From: an uncultured Gaiellales bacterium
Lineage (GTDB): Bacteria > Actinomycetota > Thermoleophilia > RBG-16-64-13
Reading direction: 5' to 3'
Assembly (NCBI GenBank): GCA_964497095.1
Contig: CAZCCL010000001.1
Span: 348 to 64,347 of the forward strand
Length of the DNA stretch: 64,000 bases
Made by a program: the position numbers and the translations under genes. Of the stretch, positions 36,630-45,993 are shown piece by piece. Numbering within the stretch: position 1 is the stretch's first letter; every line of letters starts with the position of its first letter. The notes beneath the pieces are model-generated. The model was not told the DNA's origin, did not search any database, and worked only from the letters and a program-made list of their open reading frames with translations.

Positions 36630-36909
36630 GGTGGCGCCTGATTATCCCCCAAACCTCGATGGGCGGCAAATCGGAGAAGTCGGCCAAGGCCCGGATCCTC
36701 AATAGGGCCGCTGCGGACGTCAGAGTAGTCCGCGTTCAGGGCTGCTTCCTCGCCGCGAGTCTCATAGCGCATCATGGTCCGCTCGGACTGTGAGGTGCGC
36801 GATCTTGTTGGATATTTCGGGATTTGTTAACAGTTCCCTCATATTCCTGCACGAGACTGGACCCGGCAACGCGGTATCGGCGAACAAGGAGGTGTGTGCC
36901 TTGAGGGGT

Positions 36910-37317
36910 ATGTGGAAACGCAGATGGCTCTTGATAGTCCTAGCGCTGGTGATCTTCTTGTCGGTGGGGGCAGTGGCTTGGGCCGCCGGCAACGATGACG
37001 ACCAGCCGGTTGCGGGCGGCCCCCAGGTCGCGGCCGATCTGAAAGTCCTGACCGCCGCCGGCGGGCCGGGGCCACTGACGCGGGAGGCACTGAAGGAGAA
37101 GCGGCAGCAACGGGCCGAGCGCCGGAAGGCGATGCTGGAACTGGTCGAGGAAAAGATGAGCGCCGAAGACCAGGCAGCATATGACCGGCTGGTCAAAACG
37201 GCCGAAGAGCAGCGTGAGGCGCTGAAACAGGCCAGGGAGGCTCTCAAGTTCACTCTCGAAGAGCTCCGTGATCTGACCGATAAGTATCTTGGCTTGGGCG
37301 ACGGGCCGGCCGGCTAG
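36910..37317 (+). CDS. Small secreted/anchored coiled-coil protein of unknown function
   Basis: Signal-peptide-like MWKRRWLLIVLALVIFLSVGAVAWA then a charged helical region. The start is uncertain. Confidence 0.35.
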   Translation: MWKRRWLLIVLALVIFLSVGAVAWAAGNDDDQPVAGGPQVAADLKVLTAAGGPGPLTREALKEKRQQRAERRKAMLELVEEKMSAEDQAAYDRLVKTAEEQREALKQAREALKFTLEELRDLTDKYLGLGDGPAG

Positions 37318-37564
37318 ACCGGGCCGGCGCCGGCGACGGACTGAACCAGAGAATCCGCGACGCCGAGGCGGGGCGCCCGCGATCATGAGATCGCGGGCGC
37401 CCCGGCCCCAACCCTGGCCGCAGAGACCTGCTCCCCGCGGCCGGGGTAGACTGCGCTCGAGCGCCTGCAGGACGGGGGAAAAGGGCAGAGCGAGGTAAAG
37501 TACTAGTGCGCCCCCGACCGGCGGGCAGTGGCGGATCGAGGAGCCGAGGAGGGCAAGACCAGAG

Positions 37565-38293
37565 GTGCTTCCCGGCGAAGGAGCGACAAGTGAGCAGGTC
37601 GTCGTTGTGGTGGAGGACGACCCTTCCATCTCGGAGTTGCTCGAGCTCTATCTGAGCCGAGAGGGCTACGTGGTGCACGTCACTCCCCTGGGCGAGGACG
37701 GCATCGACCTTGTGAAGCTCAAGGCCCCGGCTCTCGTGGTGCTGGACCTGATGCTGCCGGACCGGTCCGGCTTCGAAGTATTGAAAGCCATAAGACGGTC
37801 TTCACCGGTGCCGGTGATCATCCTCACTGCCAGAGACGCGGAGCAGGACAAGATCCTGGGTCTCGAGCTGGGAGCCGACGATTACATGGTCAAGCCGTTC
37901 AGCCCGGGTGAGCTGGTCGCCAGGACGAGAGCCGTTCTCCGCAGGGTGGCGGCGCCAGTGGAGCTTTCGATTGACGACCAGGCCTTACGGGGGATCGAAG
38001 TCCTGGGAGGGATCGAAGTGTCGCTCCTCGAGCACACGGTGCGGGTCGACGGCCGGTCGGTGGACCTTACTCCCAAGGAGTTCGAGCTCCTGCACTACCT
38101 GCTTCTGAACCGGGGTCTGGCCCTGACCCGGGAAAGGTTGTTGGAAGAGGTATGGGGCTACAGCTTCTACGGGGATGCCCGCACGGTGGACGTCCACATC
38201 GGCCAGCTACGCAAGAAGCTGGGGCCTTGGGGCCGGGTCATCCAGACGGTGTGGGGTCTCGGATATCGAGTCGACCCGGAAGCGTCGCCATGA
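37565..38293 (+). CDS. Two-component response regulator, OmpR/PhoB family
   Basis: Receiver (…VVVVEDDPSISELL…VLDLMLPDRSGFEVL…) plus winged-helix trans_reg_C (…LTPKEFELLHYLL…VWGLGYRV). Confidence 0.85.
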   Translation: MLPGEGATSEQVVVVVEDDPSISELLELYLSREGYVVHVTPLGEDGIDLVKLKAPALVVLDLMLPDRSGFEVLKAIRRSSPVPVIILTARDAEQDKILGLELGADDYMVKPFSPGELVARTRAVLRRVAAPVELSIDDQALRGIEVLGGIEVSLLEHTVRVDGRSVDLTPKEFELLHYLLLNRGLALTRERLLEEVWGYSFYGDARTVDVHIGQLRKKLGPWGRVIQTVWGLGYRVDPEASP

Positions 38294-39726
38294 GCGGGAG
38301 TCGGTCCATCCGAGTGCGCCTGGTGCTTGCCTTGGCCGGAGTCTCGGTCTTCACCCTCGTGGTGGTGGGCCTTGTCTTCTACTTCTTCCTGGGAGGGTAC
38401 ATCCTCGACCGCCAGAAGGAGATACTGCTCGACCAAGCCGTCCAGGTGGCGGAACAGGTGGAAGGTCTGGACCAGTCCCTACCTGGGGGACTTGCCGGGC
38501 CAGGACTCCTGAACATCCTCTTGCGCTCCGATGTGCGGGGTTTACCGAATGGAGCAGGGATCCTGGTCTTTCGGGGCTCGGACATGGTGGCGAAGGCGGG
38601 AGTCGTCCCCGTAAGAGCGCAGAACCTGGACCGGCTCCGGGAGCAGGCGGAGTCGATCGGGGATGCCGGTGCGGGCGCCGAGAGGGTGAGATCCGTGGTC
38701 GATGCTACAGGCGGACGGACCGACCTACTGGTGGCGGCCGCTCCCATCCGGCTTGGCGACGCGAATCAAGGCCAAGCCGTGGTCACCCTGGCCGTGGCCG
38801 ACGCCTTCTCAGGTCGGCGAGACCTTTTTCGAGTCCTGTTCTTCTCCGGAGTGGTCGCGGTGGCTCTGGCAGTGGCGGTGGGCCTGGGACTGGGATCCTG
38901 GATGACCCGGCCGCTTCGCAGGCTCTCGACGGCCGCTCGGGCCATGGCCGCAGGCTCGTACGACCAACCGGTAACCGGCACGTATCCGGGGGAAGTCCAG
39001 GAACTGGCGACCAGCCTCGAGACCATGCGCCGGGAGGTCAGGCACAGCGAGGAATCGCTGCGTGGATTCGTGGGATCCGCCGCTCACGAGCTACGTACTC
39101 CGCTCACGTCCATACAAGGTTTCGCCCAGGCGCTTCTCGACGGGACGGCGGCCACGCCGGAGCAGAGACAGCGCTCAGCGGCGGCTGTCTACCGCGAGTC
39201 GTCGAGGCTGCAAAGACTGGTGGATGCTCTTCTTACCCTCTCCCGCTACGATTCCGGCGAATATCAGCCCATCTTCACGGCCGTATCGGTGGAAGCCCTG
39301 GCACAGGAAGAGGTCGATCGGCTCGTTACGGCCGGTCTGGCCGCGCCGGACCGTGTCGCTGTGGAGGCCGTTGGGCATACCCGGGCCGTCACCGACCCCG
39401 ACATGCTCCGCCAGGTCGTCGGGAACCTCCTTCGCAACGCTGTACTGTATGGAGGCGACGACCCGGTGACGGTCCAGGTGTGGACCCAGGGGACGGAGCT
39501 CGTGTTCCAGGTCTCCAACGGGGGTCCAGCCTTGGGAGACGAAGAAAGGGCGCATATCTTCGAACGCTTCTACCGCGGACAGGAGGGTCGGCGTAAGGAC
39601 GGGTTCGGACTTGGGCTGGCGCTCACGCGCGAGATCTGCGCCGTGCTCGGCGGCCGGGTGGAGCTCATGGATGAAGGACCTTCCACCGTGTTCCGGGTGA
39701 CGCTCCCCCTGGCTCCCAAGGGGTAG
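38290..39726 (+). CDS. Sensor histidine kinase (2 TM, periplasmic loop, HAMP, HisKA, HATPase)
   Basis: H-box SAAHELRTPLTSIQGF, then N, G1 and G2 boxes (…NLLRNAVLYG…GFGLGLAL…). ATG overlaps the RR stop (ATGA). Confidence 0.85.
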   Translation: MSGSRSIRVRLVLALAGVSVFTLVVVGLVFYFFLGGYILDRQKEILLDQAVQVAEQVEGLDQSLPGGLAGPGLLNILLRSDVRGLPNGAGILVFRGSDMVAKAGVVPVRAQNLDRLREQAESIGDAGAGAERVRSVVDATGGRTDLLVAAAPIRLGDANQGQAVVTLAVADAFSGRRDLFRVLFFSGVVAVALAVAVGLGLGSWMTRPLRRLSTAARAMAAGSYDQPVTGTYPGEVQELATSLETMRREVRHSEESLRGFVGSAAHELRTPLTSIQGFAQALLDGTAATPEQRQRSAAAVYRESSRLQRLVDALLTLSRYDSGEYQPIFTAVSVEALAQEEVDRLVTAGLAAPDRVAVEAVGHTRAVTDPDMLRQVVGNLLRNAVLYGGDDPVTVQVWTQGTELVFQVSNGGPALGDEERAHIFERFYRGQEGRRKDGFGLGLALTREICAVLGGRVELMDEGPSTVFRVTLPLAPKG

Positions 39727-39813
39727 AAGGCAGGACCGGGTAGCGGGGGGTCCGGCGGGGGGCTTGTGCTACCATACTTTGCGCGCGATGAATCGAGTAT
39801 CTGCGAGGTTAGC

Positions 39814-41259
39814 GTGCACATCACCTTCATCGAACCCGCCGCTCCCGGCTTCCACGTATACAGCTTTGTGAAGCAGCTGCGACTGGGTCTGCCGCTCCTG
39901 GGTGCCATGATGGCCCAGCGCGGGCATCAGGTGCGCGTATATGCGGAGAGTCTCTCCGAGATCGATTGGGACGACGTGCTCTCCTCCGACCTGGTGGGCA
40001 TCTCCTCCACTACCTCCACAGCCGTGCGCGCCTATCGCTACGCGCGCCGGGTACGGGATGCGGGCGTGCCCGTGGTCATGGGCGGACCCCATGTGACCTT
40101 CTTGGCCGACGAGGCCATGGACTTCTGCGACTACGTGGTCCGTAACGAAGGGGAGGAGACCCTTGTAGAGTTGGTCGACTACCTTCACGGCCGCGGTTCG
40201 CTGGAAACGATTTTGGGTCTCACCTACCGTGACGGCCAGGGCCAGGTCGTGCACAACCCGTCGCGTCCTCTTCTCACTTCGCTCACCGACCTCCCCTGGC
40301 CGGACATGAGTCTGGTGGTCGGTGGCGAGCAGGTGAAGCCCACGCCGATCCTGGCGTCACGGGGTTGCCCGTTCGGATGCGAATTCTGCTCGGTGGTCCT
40401 CATGTTCGGCCGCCGGGTGCGTACCGTCGAGCCGGTCGAGGTCGTGAAGCAGATAAAGAGGATAAAACCGAAGAAGCTCTTCTTTTACGACGACAACTTC
40501 TTCATCAGCAAGCGGCGGGGCAAAGAGCTGCTGACAGAGATGATCCGGCAAAAAGCGCAAGTGGAGTTCTTCGCCCAGATCAGGGCCGATTCCGTCTGCA
40601 AAGACGGGAAGGTCGACCGGGAGCTGCTGGACCTGCTGTGGAACGCGGGCTGCACCATCGTCTACTTGGGGCTGGAGTCCGTCAACCCGGCTACCCTCAA
40701 GGAGTACCACAAGGAATCGAGCATAGACGATATGGCCGGAGGGCTGGAGGCCCTGGCGCAGAGAGGCATCAAGACCCACGGCATGTTCGTGTTCGGCGCC
40801 GACTCCGACACCCCGGAATCGCTGCAGAAGACCGCAGATTTCGCCACTCAGCACGGACTGAACAGCATACAGTTCCTGGCTCTGACTCCCCTGCCCGGTA
40901 CCAGGCAGACGGCCCAGTTCGAAGCCGAGGGGCGTATCTTCACCAAGAATTGGAGTCTCTACGATGGGCACCACGTGGTGTTCTGGCCCAAGCAGATGAC
41001 CCCCTTCGAGCTGCAAGAGATAATCCTTCAGGCTCACAAGCGCTTCTACAAAGGGCGCCGGGTGTTTGCGGTCAGACACAGAGCCCCCATGTTCCACAAG
41101 CACCAGCTTCAGGGATACCTGCTCAGCCGGGCCTGGGAGCACGTGCGCGAGAACCGCGAGTTCTTGCGCGAACTGAAGGACTTCTCCGAGTCGCACACGC
41201 CACCCGTAGCGGTGGGTCGGGGTTTCCTCAAATCTGGGTTGGAGACGGTCACGCGATAG
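39814..41259 (+). CDS. B12-binding-domain radical SAM protein (class B rSAM)
   Basis: N-terminal cobalamin-binding-like domain, then CPFGCEFCS radical-SAM cluster motif (CxxxCxxC variant). About 480 aa. Confidence 0.7.
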   Translation: MHITFIEPAAPGFHVYSFVKQLRLGLPLLGAMMAQRGHQVRVYAESLSEIDWDDVLSSDLVGISSTTSTAVRAYRYARRVRDAGVPVVMGGPHVTFLADEAMDFCDYVVRNEGEETLVELVDYLHGRGSLETILGLTYRDGQGQVVHNPSRPLLTSLTDLPWPDMSLVVGGEQVKPTPILASRGCPFGCEFCSVVLMFGRRVRTVEPVEVVKQIKRIKPKKLFFYDDNFFISKRRGKELLTEMIRQKAQVEFFAQIRADSVCKDGKVDRELLDLLWNAGCTIVYLGLESVNPATLKEYHKESSIDDMAGGLEALAQRGIKTHGMFVFGADSDTPESLQKTADFATQHGLNSIQFLALTPLPGTRQTAQFEAEGRIFTKNWSLYDGHHVVFWPKQMTPFELQEIILQAHKRFYKGRRVFAVRHRAPMFHKHQLQGYLLSRAWEHVRENREFLRELKDFSESHTPPVAVGRGFLKSGLETVTR

Positions 41260-41421
41260 CGGTTCGTTCGCGTTCGGAGCGGAATGAGTGCTTGGAAATG
41301 AAGCGACCTCTGCTGCCCGCCGCCGATGGCAGGCTCCAGCAGAGAGGATTCCGGGGCTTTCTTTCGAAAAGGTAATCATTCTAGACCTAGGCAATCCCCA
41401 TTCGACCAAAGGGAGCGTTGT

Positions 41422-42180
41422 TTGGCCAAAGTATTGGCCTTCGCGAACCAGAAGGGCGGCGTGGCGAAGACCACGACCACTCTCAATCTGGGCGTAGCGT
41501 TCCAAGAGTTGGGTCACCGGGTGCTCACGGTGGACATGGATCCCCAGGGCAATCTCACCATGAGCTTGGGGCTGAATCCCAACGACGCGCGGCCCAGCAT
41601 GTTCGACGTCCTCGTGAACGGGGTGAGCATAGAGGACGTTCTCGTTCAGCGGGAACTGGATGTAGCGGTGGCGAGCATCGATCTGGCCGCGGCGGAGATC
41701 TCGCTGAGCTCGTTGATCGGCAGGGAGAGGATGCTGAGCAAGGCGCTGCTCGAGGTGCGCGACCGCTATGATTTCATTCTGATCGACACGCCTCCCTCTT
41801 TGGGCCTGCTGACGGTGAACGCGCTCACTGCTGCCGACGGGGTGATCGTCCCCGTGCAGTGCGAATACCTCTCGCTACGGGGTCTGGCTCAATTGGAGCG
41901 GACTCTCGAGCTGGTACGAGACAATCTCAATCCCAAGGTCCATATTGCCGGGATCGTGGCCACTATGTACGATTCTCGTACGATTCATGGACGGGAGGCC
42001 GTCGAGGTGCTCAGGAACAGCTTCGGCGACCTCGTGTTCGAGACGACGATCATGAAGACCATCAGGTTTGCGGAGGCGCCGGTCAAAGGGGAATCGGTGC
42101 TCAAGTACGCTCCAGGAAGCAAGGCCGCTCAGGCGTATCGGCAGCTCGCGAGAGAGGTGCTCAATGGAAAAGAGATCTAG
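41422..42180 (+). CDS. ParA/MinD-family P-loop ATPase (orphan ParA-like)
   Basis: MAKVLAFANQKGGVAKTTTTLNLG… deviant Walker A. 252 aa. TTG start with GGGAG RBS. No parB nearby. Confidence 0.8.
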   Translation: MAKVLAFANQKGGVAKTTTTLNLGVAFQELGHRVLTVDMDPQGNLTMSLGLNPNDARPSMFDVLVNGVSIEDVLVQRELDVAVASIDLAAAEISLSSLIGRERMLSKALLEVRDRYDFILIDTPPSLGLLTVNALTAADGVIVPVQCEYLSLRGLAQLERTLELVRDNLNPKVHIAGIVATMYDSRTIHGREAVEVLRNSFGDLVFETTIMKTIRFAEAPVKGESVLKYAPGSKAAQAYRQLAREVLNGKEI

Positions 42181-42181
42181 C

Positions 42182-43519
42182 ATGAAAGACAGCGGCCTCA
42201 GCTCTCTGTTCAGGGCGACGGAGGCGGGTAAGCCCGGCGAGGAGCAGGCCTCCGTCGCCGCCGAAGGCGAGGCCGATCTCACGGCTCAGGCCGCGACGCA
42301 GGCAGAGGATGGACCCGAGGCCGAGAGCGCAGTCTCCGAGGACGTGGAAAGCCCTTGGGACATGCCGTCCCACCCCAGCACCGGCCGTCGGACCCTGATT
42401 CAGCCTTCACGGAGCTTTCCTGCCGTCATCCGGGTCGTCGGGGTGGGGGGCGCGGGAACGAACGCCATCAACCGCATGCTCGAGGCCGGGCTGGAAGGGG
42501 TGGAGTTCATCGCCATCAACACGGACGCCCAGGCGCTCAACATGTGCGAGGCCGACCACAAGCTGCGCATCGGTCGGGAGCTGACCAAGGGCTTAGGAGG
42601 CGGCTCCGACCCGAGGGTAGGACGGGAGGCGGCCGCCGCTGCCTACGACGAGATCAAAGGCGTGCTCAAGGGCAGCGATATGGTGTTCATCACGGCCGGT
42701 GAAGGGGGCGGCACCGGTACCGGTGCCGCGCCGGTGGTGGCCGAGATAGCCAAGTCCTTGGGCGCGCTCACCATCGGGGTGGTGTCGCGGCCGTTCATCT
42801 TCGAGGGCAAGCGCCGTGGCCTGCAGGCTCTCGAGGGCGTCCGGGTCCTACGGCAGAAGGCCGACACGGTCATCGTCGTCCCCAACGACAAGCTTCTCGA
42901 GGTCGCCGACAGAGGCACCTCGATGGTGGCGGCGTTGCGGCTGGCGGATGACGTGCTCCGTCAGGGCGTGCAGGGGATCTGCGACCTGGTCACCGTTCCG
43001 GGGCTCATCAATCTCGACCTGGCCGACGTGCGCACCATCATGACCGGCGCGGGCACGGCCCACATGGGGATCGGCCGCGCGCGAGGCGAGCAACGTTCTC
43101 AGAAGGCGGCGGAGATGGCCATCAACTCCTCTTTGCTGGAGAGCTCGATCGAGGGTGCCCGGGGGATCCTGCTCAACGTCAGCGGGGGGCAGGATCTGTC
43201 GCTTCACGAGGTCAACGAGGTGGCGGAGATCGTCAATGCCGCTGCCGATCCGGAGGCCAACATCATCTTCGGCGCTGTCGTGGACGAAGCTTTGGGCGAT
43301 ACTCTATGGGTGACGGTGGTCGCCGCCGGGTTCGATGCGACAAGCGAAGAGATCTTGACCGAGCAGGTGGTCAGCGCCACGAGACATGATCATCCCCAGG
43401 CGGTGGGCACCCCTCAGCGAGTCGCTCCCGAGTTTGTCCCCACTGAGGAGGTCCGTGCGGAGCCCGACGGGATCGCGGGCCCCGAGGACGAGCTGGAGGT
43501 CCCGCCGTTCCTAAGGTAG
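42182..43519 (+). CDS. ftsZ: Cell division GTPase FtsZ with about 90-aa acidic N-terminal extension
   Basis: GGGTGTG tubulin signature, T7 loop, C-terminal conserved peptide DELEVPPFLR. ATG 2 nt after the parA-like stop. Confidence 0.9.
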   Translation: MKDSGLSSLFRATEAGKPGEEQASVAAEGEADLTAQAATQAEDGPEAESAVSEDVESPWDMPSHPSTGRRTLIQPSRSFPAVIRVVGVGGAGTNAINRMLEAGLEGVEFIAINTDAQALNMCEADHKLRIGRELTKGLGGGSDPRVGREAAAAAYDEIKGVLKGSDMVFITAGEGGGTGTGAAPVVAEIAKSLGALTIGVVSRPFIFEGKRRGLQALEGVRVLRQKADTVIVVPNDKLLEVADRGTSMVAALRLADDVLRQGVQGICDLVTVPGLINLDLADVRTIMTGAGTAHMGIGRARGEQRSQKAAEMAINSSLLESSIEGARGILLNVSGGQDLSLHEVNEVAEIVNAAADPEANIIFGAVVDEALGDTLWVTVVAAGFDATSEEILTEQVVSATRHDHPQAVGTPQRVAPEFVPTEEVRAEPDGIAGPEDELEVPPFLR

Positions 43520-43540
43520 GCCGCCGGCCTGGCCGGGTCC

Positions 43541-43990
43541 TCAGTCGATTAGGGCGCGCTCGAAGTAGAGGCAGGTCTTTTCTGCCAGACCCAGACTGCG
43601 GTAGAAGGCGTGAGCCTCGAGGTTCCAGGCCTCGGCCAGGAGGAACACCCGGCTGCATCCCCGGGCCTGGGCAAGAGACTCCGCAGCGTCGACGAGACCC
43701 CGGCCCACGTGCTCGCGGCGACGGATCTCCGTGACCACGACGTCCTGCAATTCGCATACCAGTGAACTCGACCACGTGCTGTAGGAGAATATGAGGACGC
43801 ACATGCCTATCAGGCGGCCGTCGGCCTCGGCCACCAGTAGGGAATGGCCGGACGAGGAGAGTATGGTCTCGATGATCGTCTCGAGGCGGTCCTTCGAGGG
43901 AGGTGATACCCCGTGGTGCTGCATGATCTCGGCGAGGAGAGGAAGCAGTTGCGAGATGTCCGCACGCGAGGCTGGGCGGTAGTCGATCAT
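43541..43990 (-). CDS. GNAT family N-acetyltransferase
   Basis: 149 aa with GNAT motif A (…VVVTEIRRREHVGRGLV…) and C-terminal …AHAFYRSLGL…. Confidence 0.75.
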   Translation of the reverse strand: MIDYRPASRADISQLLPLLAEIMQHHGVSPPSKDRLETIIETILSSSGHSLLVAEADGRLIGMCVLIFSYSTWSSSLVCELQDVVVTEIRRREHVGRGLVDAAESLAQARGCSRVFLLAEAWNLEAHAFYRSLGLAEKTCLYFERALID

Positions 43991-44007
43991 GGACGTGAGG
44001 GTAGCAG

Positions 44008-44931
44008 ATGGATGACGAGTTGCTGTATTTGAACGGGAGATTCATGCCCCTTTCCGAAGGTCGGATCGGCGTGGAGGACCGCGGTTTCCAACTTGGTGAC
44101 GGGGTGTACGAGGTCATCAAGGTCATGAACGGCCGGCTCGTCTGGCTGGACGACCACCTCGACCGGTTGCGACGTAATCTGGAGGCATTGAGGCTGGCGG
44201 AGGCTCTCGAGAGCCACTCCCTCGAGGAGGTCCTGCCCGATCTGGTTCGGCGTTCAGGAGTCACCGAAGGTATGGTCTACGCCCAGGTGACCCGGGGGAC
44301 GTCGCCCCGGGAGTTCGTGTTCCCCGACCCTCCTCGTCCCACCGTGCTGGCCTACACGAGGAGCAAGGCTCCTCCCGAGGTCGTCGAGATCATGGCGGGG
44401 ATGGTCCTTCACCCTGTTGAGGATCAGCGCTGGGCTCGAAGCGACATCAAGTCGACCAACCTGCTGGCCACGGTGCTGGCCAAGGAAGCGGCCTACGAGG
44501 CCGGGGCGGATGAGGCCCTCCTGCTGAGCCCCGAGGGATTGGTCCGCGAGGGGGGGTCGTCCAGCATCTTCGCCGCACTGGGAGGTGTCGTCCGCACCCA
44601 TCCGCTGGACAACCGGATCCTGGGCGGCATCACCCGCAAGCACGTGCTCGAGATAGCCCGGCGTCTGGGCTACCAGGTGGAAGAGCGGGCCTTCACTCTC
44701 GAGGAGGTCATCGAAAGCGGTGGAGGCACGGCCGCCGATGATGCTCGTGAGATGTTCGCGGCCTCGACCCTCAAGGACATCCACCCCGTGGTCCGCATCG
44801 GCACCCATGTGGTTGGCGACGGCCGCCCGGGCCCCGTAACGTTGGCGTTGCTGGACGCTATGCGCCGCGAGCAGGCCCTCTCCGTCGGGCTGTCGCCTCC
44901 CGCCGCATTAGCTTCACTAGGGCCACGTTAG
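44008..44931 (+). CDS. Class IV aminotransferase (D-amino-acid / branched-chain transaminase-like)
   Basis: …NGRFMPLSEGRIGVEDRGFQLGDGVYEVIKV… class IV PLP fold. Second paralog in this window. Confidence 0.7.
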   Translation: MDDELLYLNGRFMPLSEGRIGVEDRGFQLGDGVYEVIKVMNGRLVWLDDHLDRLRRNLEALRLAEALESHSLEEVLPDLVRRSGVTEGMVYAQVTRGTSPREFVFPDPPRPTVLAYTRSKAPPEVVEIMAGMVLHPVEDQRWARSDIKSTNLLATVLAKEAAYEAGADEALLLSPEGLVREGGSSSIFAALGGVVRTHPLDNRILGGITRKHVLEIARRLGYQVEERAFTLEEVIESGGGTAADDAREMFAASTLKDIHPVVRIGTHVVGDGRPGPVTLALLDAMRREQALSVGLSPPAALASLGPR

Positions 44932-45820
44932 CCGCATCCGGCCCGTGGCCGTCCTCGCCCGGAACCTCCAGTACGAACGGGACGGCAGCAAACGCCGGGT
45001 GCCGGACGACGCGGCCCAGCCCGGGCCGGCCTATGTAACCGGCACCAGGGTTCTCATGTTGGTCGCGCTTCGAGGCGAAAGGCGTCTTCGAATCATTGAG
45101 ATGGATCAGCGACAACCGCTCCAAGAGGCTGTCGTCGCGGAGCCCCGTCACGAAGCGCTCGAGCCCCGCCGTGGTGTGTACCGGGTAGCCTGCGGCGAAG
45201 AGATGAGCCGTGTCGAGACAAAGACCGCACGACGAGGGAAGGGCTTCCAGGAGTGCGGACAACTCCTCGAGATCGCCGCCCACGGTATGGCCCGAACCCG
45301 CGCTGTTTTCCAGGAGCAGGGGCGGGAGAGCGTGCCCGCAACCGGTCATCGTCAGAGAACGGCGGGCCTGGTCGATCGCCGCCTGCACCGTTTCGCGGAT
45401 CCGCGCCAAAGCGGCGCGGAAGCCGTCTCCCCGGTGGGAGCCCAAGTGGGTGACCACCCCAGCCGCGAGAGTGAGGGCGCCGACGGCGAGCGCCGTGGAA
45501 AGGGCATCGCGGGACCGGCGGCGGAGCTCATCGTCCGGCGAGGCGAGGTTGAGCAGGTAGATCGTATGAAGGTAGAGCGGGATCCCGTTGCGTCGCAGGC
45601 CTGCAACCAAGGCCGCGATCTCCTCAGGTGAGGGAGAGCGCGGCCGCCACGTCCGGGGATTGGAGGAGAAGATCTGCGCCACTTCGGCACCGATCGTGAC
45701 GGCTCGCTCCGGGACCGGGGCGAAACCTCCGGCCGTGGAGAGTTGGGCTCCGATGAGAGGGAGGAGAGCGCGACCCGCCCGCCGCGTCTCAACGGTCTTT
45801 CTCATCGTTTTCCGGGCCAT
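44858..45820 (-). CDS. nfo: Endonuclease IV (AP endonuclease family 2)
   Basis: …IGAQLSTAGGF…IHLNDSK… TIM-barrel AP endonuclease motifs. ATG at 45820 with GGGGGAGAGGG RBS. Confidence 0.85.
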   Translation of the reverse strand: MARKTMRKTVETRRAGRALLPLIGAQLSTAGGFAPVPERAVTIGAEVAQIFSSNPRTWRPRSPSPEEIAALVAGLRRNGIPLYLHTIYLLNLASPDDELRRRSRDALSTALAVGALTLAAGVVTHLGSHRGDGFRAALARIRETVQAAIDQARRSLTMTGCGHALPPLLLENSAGSGHTVGGDLEELSALLEALPSSCGLCLDTAHLFAAGYPVHTTAGLERFVTGLRDDSLLERLSLIHLNDSKTPFASKRDQHENPGAGYIGRPGLGRVVRHPAFAAVPFVLEVPGEDGHGPDAANVALVKLMRREATARRRGPARGA

Positions 45821-45993
45821 CCCTACGGTCCCTCTCCCCCCACGCTCACTGTGTCTCGGCCGAGTCAGCATATAGAATCAGCAACGTAGCCGCCAGGGGC
45901 GCGCCGGGGTACCGCAGGCCCGCGAGTTGAGAGGACGCTCTTGACCGGGCCGACCGAGTGTCGAAAAGGGCGCAGAGGAGACGAGAAGAACAC

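Noticed and set aside
39727-39813. Rho-independent terminator after the histidine kinase
   Set aside because: The G-rich segment CCGGGTAGCGGGGGGTCCGGCGGGGGG forms only a 4-bp CCGG stem and lacks a U-tract.
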